IMG/VR virus record: IMGVR_UViG_3300027672_001707
Length of the DNA stretch: 64,000 nucleotides
Source of the DNA: an uncultured virus (IMG/VR IMGVR_UViG_3300027672_001707)
Lineage: Duplodnaviria > Heunggongvirae > Uroviricota > Caudoviricetes
Strand: one strand, 5' to 3'
The notes beneath the pieces were generated by a model, which was given only the letters and a program-made list of their open reading frames with translations, ran no database searches and was not told where the DNA came from. Below, one piece after another: positions 1 to 9,787 of this stretch. How positions within the stretch are numbered: the first letter of the stretch is position 1; each line of letters opens with the position of its first letter. Position numbers and translations under genes: made by a program.

Positions 1-18
1 AAAAGATTAGAATACTAG

Positions 19-47
19 TTGACAAGACGCATTACTGAGTGTATATT
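19..47 (+). promoter_or_regulatory. sigma70-type early promoter
   Basis: TTGACA(19-24)-N17-TATATT(42-47), upstream of GGAG and ATG at 81. Confidence 0.7.
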
Positions 48-80
48 AACACTATAGTAATTAAATTGGAGACTAGCAAA

Positions 81-287
81 ATGACACACAAGTATATTGT
101 ACGATACGTTACAGACGACGATCCCAGAAGTAAAGAAGTTATTATGTTAGCAGGCGATGAACAAGATGTTAAAAAGCAACTAGAAGACGAGTTCTTAGAT
201 ATAGTTGATTATATTAACGTTTTGAGCATCACAAACCAAGCATCTGCAAAGGAATCACGCAAAGAAGCAGAAACATATTTTAGTTAA
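81..287 (+). CDS. hypothetical protein
   Basis: ORF; ATG at 81 follows GGAG Shine-Dalgarno (SD), preferred over the track start at 39. Confidence 0.6.
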   Translation: MTHKYIVRYVTDDDPRSKEVIMLAGDEQDVKKQLEDEFLDIVDYINVLSITNQASAKESRKEAETYFS

Positions 288-303
288 ATAAAAATTAATA
301 ATT

Positions 304-330
304 AAAGCCTTGTTTATCAAGGCTTTTTTT
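304..330 (+). terminator. intrinsic terminator
   Basis: AAAGCCTTG-TTTAT-CAAGGCTTT hairpin followed by a T-run. Confidence 0.8.
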
Positions 331-337
331 ATGACTG

Positions 338-371
338 AAAAGGTTGACAGATCTGCTATAGATGTTATTAT
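338..371 (+). promoter_or_regulatory. early promoter (repeated cassette)
   Basis: AAAAGG-TTGACA(344-349)-N16-TATTAT with extended -10 TG. Confidence 0.75.
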
Positions 372-404
372 AGTTATAGTAAGTTAATTAAAGGAGTTAT
401 TGAT

Positions 405-773
405 ATGATGAACATTTTACTTAAACAAGCAGTTGAGCAAGTTGTTGAAACAATGAAGAACGATTATATTCGTTGGTCTACACAAGACGGCAAAAAAGCA
501 ATGTCAGAGTACAGTAAGGAAGTTGTTGATAACTGGAACATTGAAATTAAAGATGGTCAAAAGTATATTAAACTAATCAAAAAAGACCACAAAAGTTCAA
601 TGCAAGGTGGCAGTGTGCAAGGCTTTATTGTTAAGGTTCCTACTAAAGGATTTGTAGAAGGCGATATGCTTAAAGCGGCAGGGTATAATGCTCCTGCGAT
701 GAACTTTAAACGTGGTAACGTTTATGAAGATGCCAATAACATGAATATAATTAGTTGGACAGGGATTCAATAA
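405..773 (+). CDS. conserved phage hypothetical protein
   Basis: ORF with AGGAG SD; KYIKL / GFIVK / GDMLKAAGYNAPA motifs recalled from marine myophage early proteins. Confidence 0.7.
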   Translation: MMNILLKQAVEQVVETMKNDYIRWSTQDGKKAMSEYSKEVVDNWNIEIKDGQKYIKLIKKDHKSSMQGGSVQGFIVKVPTKGFVEGDMLKAAGYNAPAMNFKRGNVYEDANNMNIISWTGIQ

Positions 774-774
774 G

Positions 775-1284
775 ATGGACGAAGTGTTTATAGAAAAAGC
801 CAAAGAATTTGCCCGTGTGTCACACACAGGGCAAGTTCGCAAATACACAGGCTTACCTTATGTTACTCACACAGAAGAAGTAGCAGACATTGTTCGTAGT
901 CACAACGGCAGTAAAGAAATGATTGCCGCGGCTTTATTACATGATGTAGTAGAAGACACTAACGTAACAAATGATGAAATACGAGTCTTATTTGGCAATT
1001 CTACTGCTGACATGGTTAAATGGTTAACTGATACTTCAAAGCCCGGAGACGGGAATCGTACAGTGCGTAAAGGCATTGATAGAGACCGGTTAAGCCAAGC
1101 ATCAGCGGCGGCACAATTAATAAAAGCGGCAGATATGATTAGCAATGGTAAGGATATCAAAGTTAACGATCCAAAGTTCGCAGTAACTTATATCGCTGAA
1201 ATGGACTTGTTATTAAAAGCAATGACAAAGATACATTTAATGGATATATACAAACAAGCACAAGGAGTAGTCAATGCAATTTGA
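775..1284 (+). CDS. HD-domain (p)ppGpp hydrolase-like protein (small alarmone hydrolase / Mesh1-like)
   Basis: H.GQ.RK..G.PY..H, AALLHDVVEDT and KAADMISN motifs of RelA/SpoT hydrolase domains; no synthetase domain. Confidence 0.85.
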   Translation: MDEVFIEKAKEFARVSHTGQVRKYTGLPYVTHTEEVADIVRSHNGSKEMIAAALLHDVVEDTNVTNDEIRVLFGNSTADMVKWLTDTSKPGDGNRTVRKGIDRDRLSQASAAAQLIKAADMISNGKDIKVNDPKFAVTYIAEMDLLLKAMTKIHLMDIYKQAQGVVNAI

Positions 1285-1480
1285 TAGTGGAGAACCAGAT
1301 AAAGTTATGGTACATTGTACTGATAACGATAGGAAATGGGAAGGGACTGTTATTCAATCACATAATGATGTAGTTAAAGTAATGTTAGAGGGAGTACCTC
1401 TAAACTTTAATAGATATAAGGGTAAGAACTTATATGTTGCAAATTTTAGTGGTATGGAATTAACATTCAGTTTTGATTAA
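1274..1480 (+). CDS. hypothetical protein
   Basis: ORF with GGAG SD, overlapping both neighbours. Confidence 0.6.
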   Translation: MQFDSGEPDKVMVHCTDNDRKWEGTVIQSHNDVVKVMLEGVPLNFNRYKGKNLYVANFSGMELTFSFD

Positions 1481-1800
1481 TGCGGTTAGATTTACACGGA
1501 TACACATTACACGATGCTTGGCGTAAATTTAAAGTACACGTTGAGTTATGTGAATTAAATGGTGTTGTAAAGTTTACAGTAATTACAGGACAGGGCAAGA
1601 TATATGACGAAATGCACAAATGGTGTGAAGCAATACCTAGTATATCCGAAGTATTAACACCTATGAGAGGTCCTGGATCTTACCAAATACGTTTAAAAAA
1701 GAAGAAAAAAGTTTTAAAAACTTCCATTGAGTCAGAAAATCCAGTAAAATCAATGGTTAATATTGCACCATTATTAAAGAAATGGGGTCTAAAAGGTTGA
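1480..1800 (+). CDS. stand-alone Smr-domain protein
   Basis: LDLHG and VITGQG motifs, G-S near the C-terminal strand. Confidence 0.8.
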   Translation: MRLDLHGYTLHDAWRKFKVHVELCELNGVVKFTVITGQGKIYDEMHKWCEAIPSISEVLTPMRGPGSYQIRLKKKKKVLKTSIESENPVKSMVNIAPLLKKWGLKG

Positions 1801-1852
1801 CAGATAGACGTAAGATGCTATACTAGTAATATAAGTTAAACAAATAAGGAGA
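1791..1852 (+). promoter_or_regulatory. early promoter plus leader (repeated cassette)
   Basis: AAAAGG-TTGACA(1797-1802)-N16-TATACT, then TAAGTTAAACAAA and AGGAGA. Confidence 0.8.
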
Positions 1853-1860
1853 TACATAAT

Positions 1861-2298
1861 ATGGCGTTTGTTAATAAAGAAGATGTTAAAGCAATTAGAC
1901 AAGAACTTAAAAAACAATATCCTAACATTAAGTTTAGTGTAAGAAAAGATCACCATTCAAGTGTACAAGTTACATTGGTTTCAGGTGATGTTGACTTTTA
2001 TGATGGATCTTTAGATTTCTTTGACAGGTATTCACAGAAAATTACACCATTTCCAGGTTCGGCACAAATTAATCATTATCATACAAATTTTTATGGTATA
2101 CATAAAGCATTGTTTGATAGCATATATGAAATATGTAAAACTGCTCCAATTAACGGAAACGGTTATCATAAAGGCACAGGCTGGTTTGATAAGTCAGACT
2201 GCCAAACAGATTATTTCCATACTGCATATTATATCAACATTGCCGTTGGTGCATGGAACAAAAATTATGAAACAACTAACCAAAAGGTTGCCGCATAA
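1861..2298 (+). CDS. LPD29-like domain protein
   Basis: IRQELKKQYPNIKFSVR start and SD..TDYFH.AYY motif. Confidence 0.6.
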   Translation: MAFVNKEDVKAIRQELKKQYPNIKFSVRKDHHSSVQVTLVSGDVDFYDGSLDFFDRYSQKITPFPGSAQINHYHTNFYGIHKALFDSIYEICKTAPINGNGYHKGTGWFDKSDCQTDYFHTAYYINIAVGAWNKNYETTNQKVAA

Positions 2299-2304
2299 TG
2301 AAAT

Positions 2305-2339
2305 AAAAGGTTGACACATAGTACAGATGTGTTATTATA
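2305..2339 (+). promoter_or_regulatory. early promoter (repeated cassette)
   Basis: AAAAGG-TTGACA(2311-2316) then TGTGTTATTAT. Confidence 0.75.
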
Positions 2340-2383
2340 GTAATATAAACATTTAAACAAAAAACGACGAATAGGAGTCATAC

Positions 2384-3409
2384 ATGAATAGTTACGTTTT
2401 AGTTAAAAGTGGTTCATACAGAAACCAAGCAATAAAGAACAAAGTTTTCCCATTAGTGAAAAACATTACAGAAAGCAAAACAGGAATGTTTGTTACTGTA
2501 GATGGAACAGAGGGCTTTGGATCAGACAAAATTAGGGTAAAGATTAAAACCCCTACCGCAATTACTTTCGTTGATAGGTCAGAATATGCTTCACAAGTTG
2601 AAGCAGATACACCTAAAGAAAGTTCCAAGTTAAATGCAAAAGACGAAAAGAGGATCATAGAAATCCAGGATAGGTTTGAGATCCTGAATGAAATGACAGG
2701 TGCTCTTAAAAATAATGACATTAGGGCAATGATTGTTACTGGACCTCCAGGTGTTGGTAAATCATACGGTGTCGAAACTACACTAGAAGAACAGTCGGGT
2801 TTCGATGACCTTGCTGGTAATAGGAAGTTTGAATTTGTAAAAGGTGCAATGACGGCACTAGGTCTTTATGCTAAACTTTATGAATACAGTGCTCGTGGTA
2901 ACGTAGTTGTATTTGATGACTGTGATAGTGTATTGCTAGATGATTTAGCTCTTAACATTCTTAAAGCGGCACTTGATAGTGGTGCTAGACGTAAGATTTA
3001 CTGGAATGCAGATTCAAGTAAATTGAGAGCAGAAGGTATTCCTAACAGTTTCGACTTCCAAGGAAGTGTTTGCTTTATTACAAACATCAAGTTTGACAAT
3101 GTTAAAAGCAAAAGACTTAAAGATCACTTAGATGCTTTAATGTCACGTTGTCATTACATTGACTTAACACTTGATACTGAACGAGACAAGTATCTTAGAA
3201 TTCAACAAATTGCTCGAAAAGGTGATTTGTTTCAAAACTTTAAGATGTCAGATGATGAAGAGAAAGAAATACTTCAATTCATGTTTGAGAAAAGAAAGTT
3301 CCTAAGGGAAATGTCGTTAAGGATGGCACTAAAGATTGCGGACCTTAAAAAGTTAAGTCCGAGCAATTGGCAGAACTTGGCGGCTTCAACGTGTATGCGA
3401 AGAGCATAA
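2384..3409 (+). CDS. AAA+-type P-loop ATPase
   Basis: Walker A GPPGVGKS, Walker B VVVFDD, FITN sensor, ALMSR Arg finger. Confidence 0.8.
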   Translation: MNSYVLVKSGSYRNQAIKNKVFPLVKNITESKTGMFVTVDGTEGFGSDKIRVKIKTPTAITFVDRSEYASQVEADTPKESSKLNAKDEKRIIEIQDRFEILNEMTGALKNNDIRAMIVTGPPGVGKSYGVETTLEEQSGFDDLAGNRKFEFVKGAMTALGLYAKLYEYSARGNVVVFDDCDSVLLDDLALNILKAALDSGARRKIYWNADSSKLRAEGIPNSFDFQGSVCFITNIKFDNVKSKRLKDHLDALMSRCHYIDLTLDTERDKYLRIQQIARKGDLFQNFKMSDDEEKEILQFMFEKRKFLREMSLRMALKIADLKKLSPSNWQNLAASTCMRRA

Positions 3410-3418
3410 CAAATTAAT

Positions 3419-3442
3419 AAGGCGGTCTTCGGACCGCTTTTT
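3419..3442 (+). terminator. intrinsic terminator with C(UUCG)G tetraloop
   Basis: GCGGTC-TTCG-GACCGC followed by TTTTT. Confidence 0.85.
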
Positions 3443-3459
3443 ACCTTTAAGGAATAAGA

Positions 3460-4680
3460 ATGCAATTTTATAAACCCACAGACCTAGAGTATTGCTTAAA
3501 AATAGCAATAGGTGTGATAGCAAGTCCGGTACCTCCGAAGTTTATACATAAGCCTATTAGTCTAGCAAATTATGATGTTGGTTTTGTTAATAATGCGGTT
3601 CGTAGTATTAACAAAGGTGAAGGATTAAGCGATAGGCAACGAGCTCTTACAATCAAACTTGTAAGCAAATACGAACGCCAGTATAAACGATTAGGTATCG
3701 ATGTTACTGAGCTAGTGCAATCTCCGACTTGGACAAGCGAATTACGTCAAGTAGATAGAACAAAATATATTGATATCGAAGACGACAAGATTATTATGAA
3801 GTTTCCTTATAACAAGGAAATGATTAGGGAAATAAATTCATTAGCAAAGAAGTTAAAATCTAATAAAACATATTTTGAAAAAGAGACAAAACAATACCAA
3901 ACAACATATAATGAATATAACTTACTTGCATTATATAATTGGTCAGCCAAATATAAGTTTGACTATTCTGATGCAGTAAAAGACGTGTACAAGAAATGTA
4001 AATCGATTACTAGTAATCGAAGCGAGTATGCAATACAATTAGTAGTCGAAGACGATACTTGTTTATTGCGTAACGCACCGGACACTTTAAACGAATGGTG
4101 GACAACTAATATGTCGAGTAAGAACCGTATGAACCAAATAGTTACTGCGGCTAATCAAAACTTAGACATTGTTAATAACAGTACAAACATAAAACTTTCT
4201 AAAGTTGGAACAGAAATGTTACAAAATAGAGGCGGTAAGTTCGACTGGACAGAAGTAAAACCAGAAGAAATTTATAATTCAGCAGTTAACGATTTTGGCT
4301 TTAAACGAGTTGCATTCGTTATAGACGGTAGAACACTTACACCCGAACTAACTAATAACCTGGAAGATTTGGTGTCTAAGTTGGGCAAAGACGTCTGTAC
4401 AGTGCAGTTAAAGAACAATCACCACTACTTTAACGTTAATAAGTCATTGACTTCGGACACAAAATTTGCTATAATAGATAGTATACAAAGGTATTCCAAT
4501 CCTAAAGTAAAAAGTGACTGGAAGCCTGACTTTGTTATTAGTACGAATTCTATAAGCAAGTTTAGACAATATGGCTTCAATGTCATCAACGGACAATCCG
4601 GAGTGACATTTGTTAATGATGCGTGGATTTGTTATTACACACTAGGGAAAATAAATGCCACAAGCAAAATTATTGATTAG
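3460..4680 (+). CDS. hypothetical protein
   Basis: 406-aa ORF overlapping the helicase start. Confidence 0.7.
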   Translation: MQFYKPTDLEYCLKIAIGVIASPVPPKFIHKPISLANYDVGFVNNAVRSINKGEGLSDRQRALTIKLVSKYERQYKRLGIDVTELVQSPTWTSELRQVDRTKYIDIEDDKIIMKFPYNKEMIREINSLAKKLKSNKTYFEKETKQYQTTYNEYNLLALYNWSAKYKFDYSDAVKDVYKKCKSITSNRSEYAIQLVVEDDTCLLRNAPDTLNEWWTTNMSSKNRMNQIVTAANQNLDIVNNSTNIKLSKVGTEMLQNRGGKFDWTEVKPEEIYNSAVNDFGFKRVAFVIDGRTLTPELTNNLEDLVSKLGKDVCTVQLKNNHHYFNVNKSLTSDTKFAIIDSIQRYSNPKVKSDWKPDFVISTNSISKFRQYGFNVINGQSGVTFVNDAWICYYTLGKINATSKIID

Positions 4681-6118
4681 AGACGAAGTAAACGTTTCTA
4701 TAAAAGGGTTAGAACTAGACGCTAGGCGTCGATTGTCTAATATGTTTAAGTACGAAGTTCCTTATGCACGATATCTTCCAGCAGTTCGTTTAGGACGGTG
4801 GGACGGAAAAGTTGCATACTTTCAGTTAGGTGGTAGCACATACATTAATCTTCTTCCAAAGATTATTCCTGTGTTAGAAGAAATGAAATATCAAATTGAA
4901 CTAGATGATCAACGAGATTATCAAACAAGATTTGATTTTGATGAAATTGACGAAACTGCATTTAATGATGTGATGTGGCCCAAAGGTCATCAACTTGTAG
5001 GCGAACCAATTGTATTGCGTGATTACCAAGTAGAGATTATTAATAATTTCTTAAAGAATCCACAAAGTATGCAGGAGATTGCCACTGGTGCAGGTAAGAC
5101 ATTAATAACTGCCGCATTAAGTAGTAAAGTCGAACAGTACGGTAGAAGCATTGTAATAGTGCCAAATAAGTCGCTAGTAACACAAACAGAAGAAGACTAT
5201 GTCAACATGGGACTAGACGTTGGTGTGTTTTACGGAGACCGAAAAGAGTTTGGACACAAGCATACTATTTGTACTTGGCAAAGTCTAAACATTCTTTTAA
5301 AGAATACAAAGAACGCAGTTGCACCTATTACTATACAAGAATTTATTGCAGGTGTAGTTTGTGTTATGGTAGATGAAGTGCATATGGCAAAAGCGGATGC
5401 ATTGAAAACATTGTTAACAGGACCTATGAGTCAAATACCAATTCGTTGGGGACTAACAGGAACAGTGCCAAAAGAAGATTTTGAATTTATGAGTATTATG
5501 GTAAGTTTAGGAGAAGTAGTTGGTAGAAAAACTGCAAGTGAATTACAAGAACAGGGTGTACTTGCTAACTGTGAAGTTAATGTATTGCAATTAATTGACC
5601 ATGGAGATTATGGAAACTATCAAAGTGAATTAAAGTATTTGCTAACAAACGCAAAAAGATTGGATTATCTTGCTAAACTGCTCGGTACAATAGGGCAAGA
5701 TGGCAATACTCTTGTATTAGTAGACAGAGTAGAATCGGGTAAAGAACTAGTAAGCAGACTTGGAGACAAAGCAGTATTTGTAAGTGGTGCCACTAAAACA
5801 AGTGACAGAAAAGCACACTATGACGAGATTGCAGACGTTGACAATAAGATTATTGTAGCAACATATGGTGTTGCGGCAGTAGGTATTAATATACCAAGGA
5901 TATTTAACCTTGTATTAATCGAACCAGGAAAAAGTTTTGTAAGAGTAATACAAAGTATTGGACGTGGTATTCGTAAAGCAAGTGATAAAGATTTTGTTAA
6001 AATATGGGATATTACAAGTACTTGTAAATATGCCAAGCGACATTTAACTAAACGAAAAAACTTCTATAAAGAAGCAAATTATCCATTTGTTGTAAAAAAG
6101 ACAGATTGGAATGAATAA
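4655..6118 (+). CDS. uvsW: SF2 DNA helicase, UvsW-like
   Basis: LRDYQ, ATGAGKT, DEVH, GLTGT and QSIGRGIR motifs. Confidence 0.85.
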   Translation: MPQAKLLIRDEVNVSIKGLELDARRRLSNMFKYEVPYARYLPAVRLGRWDGKVAYFQLGGSTYINLLPKIIPVLEEMKYQIELDDQRDYQTRFDFDEIDETAFNDVMWPKGHQLVGEPIVLRDYQVEIINNFLKNPQSMQEIATGAGKTLITAALSSKVEQYGRSIVIVPNKSLVTQTEEDYVNMGLDVGVFYGDRKEFGHKHTICTWQSLNILLKNTKNAVAPITIQEFIAGVVCVMVDEVHMAKADALKTLLTGPMSQIPIRWGLTGTVPKEDFEFMSIMVSLGEVVGRKTASELQEQGVLANCEVNVLQLIDHGDYGNYQSELKYLLTNAKRLDYLAKLLGTIGQDGNTLVLVDRVESGKELVSRLGDKAVFVSGATKTSDRKAHYDEIADVDNKIIVATYGVAAVGINIPRIFNLVLIEPGKSFVRVIQSIGRGIRKASDKDFVKIWDITSTCKYAKRHLTKRKNFYKEANYPFVVKKTDWNE

Positions 6119-6719
6119 TATGGAGAATCAAATAATGAAAAACGTTAAACAAGGAAAACCTACAGTGCAACCTAAACCACCTGGAATACTTATGTGGGAG
6201 GCAGGTGTTTATTACTTTGCAGATCCATTTACAACTGAAACTACAAAGCCAGTAATTCAGTGGATTATTGAAAAGAACTTGGCACCGGATACTGAACGCC
6301 CTAAAGAGCTAACACTTATTATTAATAGTCCAGGCGGTGATGTGCATAGTGCATTTGCTTTAATTGATACAATGAAGGCAAGTGGTATTCCAATCAAAAC
6401 CGTAGGACTAGGACTTATTGCAAGTTGTGGTATACTTACATTTATGAGTGGAGCAAAAGGCAAACGTATCATTACGCCTAATACAAGTATTTTATCACAT
6501 CAATACAGTTGGGGCTCAACAGGTAAAGAACATGAGTTATTTGCCCGTGTTAGAGAGTTTGAACTATCAAGCGAACGTATGATGCAACATTATAAAAAAT
6601 GTACTGGATTATCTGAAAAGAAAATCAGAGAAGTATTGTTACCACCACAGGACATTTGGTTATCAGCCAAAGAAGCAGTCAAATTTGGTATAGCAGACAA
6701 AATTAAGGAGTTATATTAA
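6111..6719 (+). CDS. clpP: ClpP-family protease subunit
   Basis: INSPGG, ASCG (catalytic Ser), SHQ (His), D.WLSA.EA..FG.AD. Confidence 0.85.
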   Translation: MNNMENQIMKNVKQGKPTVQPKPPGILMWEAGVYYFADPFTTETTKPVIQWIIEKNLAPDTERPKELTLIINSPGGDVHSAFALIDTMKASGIPIKTVGLGLIASCGILTFMSGAKGKRIITPNTSILSHQYSWGSTGKEHELFARVREFELSSERMMQHYKKCTGLSEKKIREVLLPPQDIWLSAKEAVKFGIADKIKELY

Positions 6720-6720
6720 T

Positions 6721-7221
6721 ATGCAAATTCTTACATTAGAAAATAAAACTTTTGTAATGAACGACTTGCCTGAAGAAGTAGATGATTTAAGGTTTGCCGT
6801 TTTAGACAACAGTAATCCTAAAGATCCTGATTATTACTTTATTCCACTTATTTTCCTACAAAGTTTTAATGCTCCGGCATTAGTATTAAGAATCGGAGAG
6901 TATACAATTAGAATGCCACGTGATTGGCAACTATTAATTGGTGAAGCAGAAGTAGGCGACTTAGAAGTTGTTCCGTTAACAAGTTTAAACGATAGAGGGT
7001 TTAATGCATTTACGTTTAATCCACGTGGTGATTTTAGACCTGAGTTTTATCCAGTAGAAATAGTAGATGTGTATCAGGAAGTTAAATGGTATTTCCCTAA
7101 ACTTAAACCTGGGCATTTATTAGCAGTACCTTTGTGTGAGGGCGAGAATCCACCTTGCGTGTACTTTGTTGAAGAAATTAGCAGAACGTCGGAAGTAGTT
7201 GATGTCTCCCAAGTTTGGTAA
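6721..7221 (+). CDS. conserved phage hypothetical protein
   Basis: 166-aa ORF within the operon. Confidence 0.7.
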   Translation: MQILTLENKTFVMNDLPEEVDDLRFAVLDNSNPKDPDYYFIPLIFLQSFNAPALVLRIGEYTIRMPRDWQLLIGEAEVGDLEVVPLTSLNDRGFNAFTFNPRGDFRPEFYPVEIVDVYQEVKWYFPKLKPGHLLAVPLCEGENPPCVYFVEEISRTSEVVDVSQVW

Positions 7222-7471
7222 GTTGATTGTTAAACAAAACTCGCACGAATATGATTTAAAACTTAACGCAGAAAACGAAGAGTATTGGATCAATGTACAG
7301 AGGTCTTTAATAGAGAATGTTATAAACTTTTTTAATGACAGACAATTAGTAAATAAGGGTGTAACTATACGGATCGATTGGGGCAAAGATAACAACAGAT
7401 GGTACTACATCAAATTTGAAAGTATCGATGATGCAAATTTATTTGAAATAACATTTGCAGAATATTTATAA
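7199..7471 (+). CDS. hypothetical protein
   Basis: ORF within the operon. Confidence 0.6.
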   Translation: MMSPKFGKLIVKQNSHEYDLKLNAENEEYWINVQRSLIENVINFFNDRQLVNKGVTIRIDWGKDNNRWYYIKFESIDDANLFEITFAEYL

Positions 7472-7489
7472 AGGTGTTATAATAACAAC

Positions 7490-7957
7490 ATGGCAAACAA
7501 ACTACCACTTAACAAAGTACTCGGAGCAATGGATCGTAAGCACAAGGGCTTCTTTGATACCTTAAGCGACGAGGAAAAGAAGGCTTTTAGTCCGTTTCTT
7601 ATGAACAGATATGCTAGTAGTGTGAAAGGCGAGTCTGCATTACAAGAGTGGTGGCTTATTGCAACTAATAAACGTGTTAATACAAACTTCTTTGATTTAA
7701 CAAAACATCCTAAACTGCAATGGTTATTAATGACAACTGCAAGTCCGGGATTGGGTACTGCATATCACGAATGGATTGCAGGCGGTAAAAAGAAGAATGC
7801 AGTAAATAACAAGATATTGAAAACACTAAAAGTTTTATATCCTTCAGCAAAAGAAGATGAGCTAGAATTACTAGCAAGTTTGAATACAAAGAAAGATGTG
7901 AAAGCACATTTGATAGATTTAGGATATGATGACAAACAAATAAAAGAGATGCTATGA
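7490..7957 (+). CDS. putative clamp-loader small subunit (T4 gp62-like)
   Basis: FSPFLMNRYAS..N and HPKLQW patterns resemble gp62-like proteins; replication context. Confidence 0.5.
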   Translation: MANKLPLNKVLGAMDRKHKGFFDTLSDEEKKAFSPFLMNRYASSVKGESALQEWWLIATNKRVNTNFFDLTKHPKLQWLLMTTASPGLGTAYHEWIAGGKKKNAVNNKILKTLKVLYPSAKEDELELLASLNTKKDVKAHLIDLGYDDKQIKEML

Positions 7958-8478
7958 CCCCGACAATAAATTGTAAATTATTTCTCCTTTGGCGACCAGG
8001 TTCAGGCGGCAACTTCCTGCAGAGTCTATATACTTGGAAAGATATTGAAAATGTACCATGTGAAATACATAATAATTTATATGATAGCACACCTTTACCT
8101 AGTGTAGCACAAATTGACACAATGAATGACATACATAGTGTCGAAGGTGCAAACATGATAAGTGCTCATAACCCAAGTGACTTTTATTTAGATAACTACA
8201 ATTTTAAATGTGAACAAGCATGGGCAATAACAATAAGCGATTTACAAACACTACAGTATGTTATGGATTTACGTTTAAAGAAAATATACGGCTCCGCAGG
8301 CAAGAAGACGGTTAAGCAACGTCATTTAGATGAATACAATGCGATTGTTGATAAAGTAGCAAAAAAGATTGACAATCTACAAAGATTCGACTATAATGAT
8401 ATTTACGTTAACCGAACTGTATTCCCAGAGTGGGATAAAAGTATTATTCAATACCATGAAAAGAATTTGAAATTGTGA
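7954..8478 (+). CDS. hypothetical protein (possible degenerate P-loop/sulfotransferase-like)
   Basis: ORF with N-terminal W.PGSGGNFL. Confidence 0.55.
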   Translation: MTPTINCKLFLLWRPGSGGNFLQSLYTWKDIENVPCEIHNNLYDSTPLPSVAQIDTMNDIHSVEGANMISAHNPSDFYLDNYNFKCEQAWAITISDLQTLQYVMDLRLKKIYGSAGKKTVKQRHLDEYNAIVDKVAKKIDNLQRFDYNDIYVNRTVFPEWDKSIIQYHEKNLKL

Positions 8479-9209
8479 TCAACTTAATGGCTATAGCAAA
8501 ACAAACTAAAGAAAATTACAAACCGCCAACAAAGGCGTTTATATGTAAATATTGTGAACGAGGGTTTAGTAGAGAAAAAACTTTAACTACCCATGTATGC
8601 GAACAAAAACGCAGATGGCAACAAGAAGGTGACAAAGGTGTACAGTTAGGCTTACAAGCATACTTACGTTTTTATGAAATGACTCAAGGAGGCGATGCGG
8701 CTAAGAAGTCATATGGCGACTTTGTTAACAGTCAGTATTATAATGCATTTGTAAAGTTTGGTAAGCATATGGTTAGTATTTCTTGTATTAACACTAGTGC
8801 ATTTATTAAGTTTGTTGTTAAGAACAATATTAAATTAGACCAATGGACACATGACAAGTATTATCAGGAATATTTAGAAACACATTTAAGAACTGAAACA
8901 TGGCAAGATGCTATTACAAGAAGTTTAAAAACAATGGAATCCCATATGAAAGAACATGGTGTACATTTACACACTTATTTCTTTGCGGCAAATCCAAACA
9001 AAATTTGTAGCCATATTGTAAATGGCAGACTAAGTCCGTGGATTATATTTAACTGTGATTCAGGCGTTGCATTTTTAGGAAAATTAAGCCAAGAACAATT
9101 AGGAATAATTTATGAATATATTGATCCTGATTATTGGCGTAAGAACTTTGTAAAGTTTCATACAGAAACTGCAATAGTTAAAGATGCATTAAAAGAAGCA
9201 AAATTATGA
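8475..9209 (+). CDS. hypothetical protein with N-terminal zinc finger
   Basis: C.YC...F........H.C motif; overlaps the mini-DnaE start. Confidence 0.7.
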   Translation: MINLMAIAKQTKENYKPPTKAFICKYCERGFSREKTLTTHVCEQKRRWQQEGDKGVQLGLQAYLRFYEMTQGGDAAKKSYGDFVNSQYYNAFVKFGKHMVSISCINTSAFIKFVVKNNIKLDQWTHDKYYQEYLETHLRTETWQDAITRSLKTMESHMKEHGVHLHTYFFAANPNKICSHIVNGRLSPWIIFNCDSGVAFLGKLSQEQLGIIYEYIDPDYWRKNFVKFHTETAIVKDALKEAKL

Positions 9210-9787
9210 GTCATAGATTACCAGACGTCGATATAGACTTTGCAGACAGAGAACAAGTATTAAGTGCCTTGCCTGCTATAGCGGCTTCTATGAACGAACA
9301 CGGGGTTGTTAAGAAACATAACACTGGTGTTTATTATACACAGATACCTGTAGATCCAGCAACTAACATGAGTACGTTAGATTATAAGATTGCAGAAGAT
9401 AGAGGATATTTTAAATTAGATTTACTTAATGTAGCAGTGTATCAAAAAGTAAAAGATGAAGCACATTTAGATAAATTAATAAAGCAAGAACCTTTATGGG
9501 AATTGCTTTGGAAAAGTAAAGAATTTTGTGAGCAAGTTATTCATATAGGAAACTATCACGATTTAATCAAAAAAATGAAACCCGATAGCATACCTAGAAT
9601 GGCAATGTTGTTAAGCATTATAAGACCCGGTAAAGCAAACTTACAAGGTAAGACTTGGAAGGAAGTTTCGGAAAGTGTTTGGAACAAACCTGAGGGCAGT
9701 GCTTACTATTTTAAAAAAGCTCACGCAGTTGCGTATGCTCATTTAGTAGCAGTTCATATAAACTTATTATGCGAGGAGTATAAGTGA
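9206..9787 (+). CDS. miniature DnaE (Pol III alpha, family C) catalytic-core-like protein
   Basis: [26 protein letters not shown] and [12 protein letters not shown] in DnaE order; only 193 aa. Confidence 0.75.
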   Translation: MSHRLPDVDIDFADREQVLSALPAIAASMNEHGVVKKHNTGVYYTQIPVDPATNMSTLDYKIAEDRGYFKLDLLNVAVYQKVKDEAHLDKLIKQEPLWELLWKSKEFCEQVIHIGNYHDLIKKMKPDSIPRMAMLLSIIRPGKANLQGKTWKEVSESVWNKPEGSAYYFKKAHAVAYAHLVAVHINLLCEEYK

